Shown here: piece by piece, positions 23,643 to 24,688 of the stretch
Layout: every line of letters starts with the position of its first letter
Position numbering within the stretch: the first letter of the stretch is position 1
Origin: a virus
Taxonomy: Duplodnaviria > Caudoviricetes
IMG/VR virus record: IMGVR_UViG_3300031841_002857
Coordinates: 1-24,688 of that record
Length of the DNA stretch: 24,688 nucleotides
Reading direction: 5' to 3' (one strand)
Made by a program: the position numbers and the translations under genes
Notes under the pieces: generated by a model
Seen by the model: the letters and a program-made list of their open reading frames with translations, nothing else
What the model was told of the DNA's origin: nothing
Database searches by the model: none

Positions 23643-23943
23643 TTTATTTAAGGATTTTAAGCCTCAACCAAAGATATACGCTGCAGACATTGAAATAGTA
23701 GCTATCATCCCAGCTAGAGGCAACAAGACAGAAGAAAGGAAGTTCTATCTTGAAAAGCATCCAGTAGTAATGCATGGGACTGAGATAGCAACAAAGAGGC
23801 AACAGGATAAGTTATTTAGATCTATATACGAAAGTAAAATTAAAAAGTCTGATTTTGATAAAATAAAGTTTAAGATTTTAAGTATAAAGAACATCAAGTT
23901 TCTATCTAGAATCATGTATAAATTCGACTATAATCAGCACTAA
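23632..23943 (+). CDS. Hypothetical protein (103 aa)
   Basis: ORF track, overlapping start. Confidence 0.7.
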   Translation: METDLFKDFKPQPKIYAADIEIVAIIPARGNKTEERKFYLEKHPVVMHGTEIATKRQQDKLFRSIYESKIKKSDFDKIKFKILSIKNIKFLSRIMYKFDYNQH

Positions 23944-23985
23944 ACTATAAACAAAAAACACTATATTTACAATAAATTAATTCAA

Positions 23986-24606
23986 ATGGAGAGACAAATA
24001 CTACAAGTTGTTAGTTTTCAGGAGGCATTCGGAATTAAGACACCAACAGAGCCTGGTATGCTAAGCAAGAAAAGAACTATTCTAAGACAAAAGCTTCTAG
24101 AAGAGGAAGTAAAAGAACTTAGGGAAGCCAAGAATATATTAGAGGTATCAGATGCGCTATGTGACATAACGTACATAGTTCTAGGAACTGTTCAAGAGTA
24201 TGGACTGTCTGATCGTTTTGTAATGTTGTTTGATGAAGTTCATTCTTCTAACATGTCGAAGCTCGGACCTGATGGTAAAGCAATATTCAGAAAGGATGGT
24301 AAAGTAATGAAACCTGAAACATATAGGCAGCCTAAACTTATGCCAATACTTGAGAGAGACTTTAGCCTTTATAAAAACAATGAAATAATGAAGGAGATAG
24401 CAGAGAACGAGAAGTATAAAACTATATCCAAGATAGAAGGCAAAATAAAGCATAAATTAAACTGGTTTGACAAGATAGTTTACTGGCTCAGTAATAAGCT
24501 CGATAAGAGACTTAAATCTAAAATAGAGGTAAAGTATCCACAAACTATTTATGGGCCTATTACGGTCAAAGTATATGGCAAAGAATACCACATACAAAAC
24601 ACGTAG
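23986..24606 (+). CDS. MazG-like/PRA-PH all-alpha NTP pyrophosphohydrolase with C-terminal extension
   Basis: LLEEEVKEL, DALCDITYIVLG and FDEVHSSNMSKLGPDGKAIFRKDGKVMKP. Confidence 0.88.
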   Translation: MERQILQVVSFQEAFGIKTPTEPGMLSKKRTILRQKLLEEEVKELREAKNILEVSDALCDITYIVLGTVQEYGLSDRFVMLFDEVHSSNMSKLGPDGKAIFRKDGKVMKPETYRQPKLMPILERDFSLYKNNEIMKEIAENEKYKTISKIEGKIKHKLNWFDKIVYWLSNKLDKRLKSKIEVKYPQTIYGPITVKVYGKEYHIQNT

Positions 24607-24688
24607 TAAATACGGAAATAAGAAAATAGAAATTGATGGCAAGAAATTCGATTCAAAACTAGAATTATATTGCTACAATATGTTAAAA
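24575..24688 (+). CDS. DUF1064-like phage endonuclease, N-terminus (truncated by the window edge)
   Basis: Read by hand: MAKNTTYKTRSKYGNKKIEIDGKKFDSKLELYCYNMLK. SKY.NKK..IDG..FDSK.E is the family N-terminal signature. Confidence 0.8.
   Translation, partial: MAKNTTYKTRSKYGNKKIEIDGKKFDSKLELYCYNMLK

Noticed and set aside
9932-24642. Minus-strand and nested ORFs in the right arm (e.g. 12463-12798, 14097-14429, 21251-21538, 22508-22702)
   Set aside because: They overlap well-supported, translationally coupled plus-strand genes.
1-24688. Stop-codon reassignment as in some crAss-like phages
   Set aside because: Genes pack densely under the standard code, with TAG and TGA used as real, often coupled, stops.

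Overview
A 24.7 kb piece of an AT-rich tailed dsDNA phage genome with no tRNA, rRNA or CRISPR array. The host is very probably a Bacteroidetes (Flavobacteria-like) species, judging by repeated TAnnTTTG promoters, A-rich Shine-Dalgarno-less start regions and a Gln-after-signal-peptide protein; portal, TerL and a putative TerS look crAss-like. A roughly 1 kb non-coding switch region (8245-9229, with direct repeats and IHF-like sites) splits two divergent arms. The left arm (minus strand) carries an HNH nuclease, a RepL-like wHTH protein, five small mostly Lys-rich proteins, TerL, a structural protein, a putative TerS and a truncated portal, interrupted by a plus-strand island with a PD-(D/E)XK exonuclease. 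The right arm (plus strand) carries about 25 small early genes (including gp88-like, YubB-like and a minimal C5 methyltransferase) and a replication module (HTH, Rad52/Sak, DnaA-C-like, DnaB, nuclease, MazG-like NTP-PPase, truncated DUF1064-like). The most unusual signal is non-coding. Two largely sequence-dissimilar ~90 nt units (2728-2828 and 17599-17701) share one architecture: TATATTTG promoter, then a 5' segment perfectly complementary to the loop of the downstream terminator-like hairpin, forming an end-to-end pseudoknot. The second unit is followed by a ~265 nt densely paired element (17709-17973) with a pseudoknot and a mutually exclusive alternative helix. All family assignments come from motif recognition by eye; no searches or folding programs were run.
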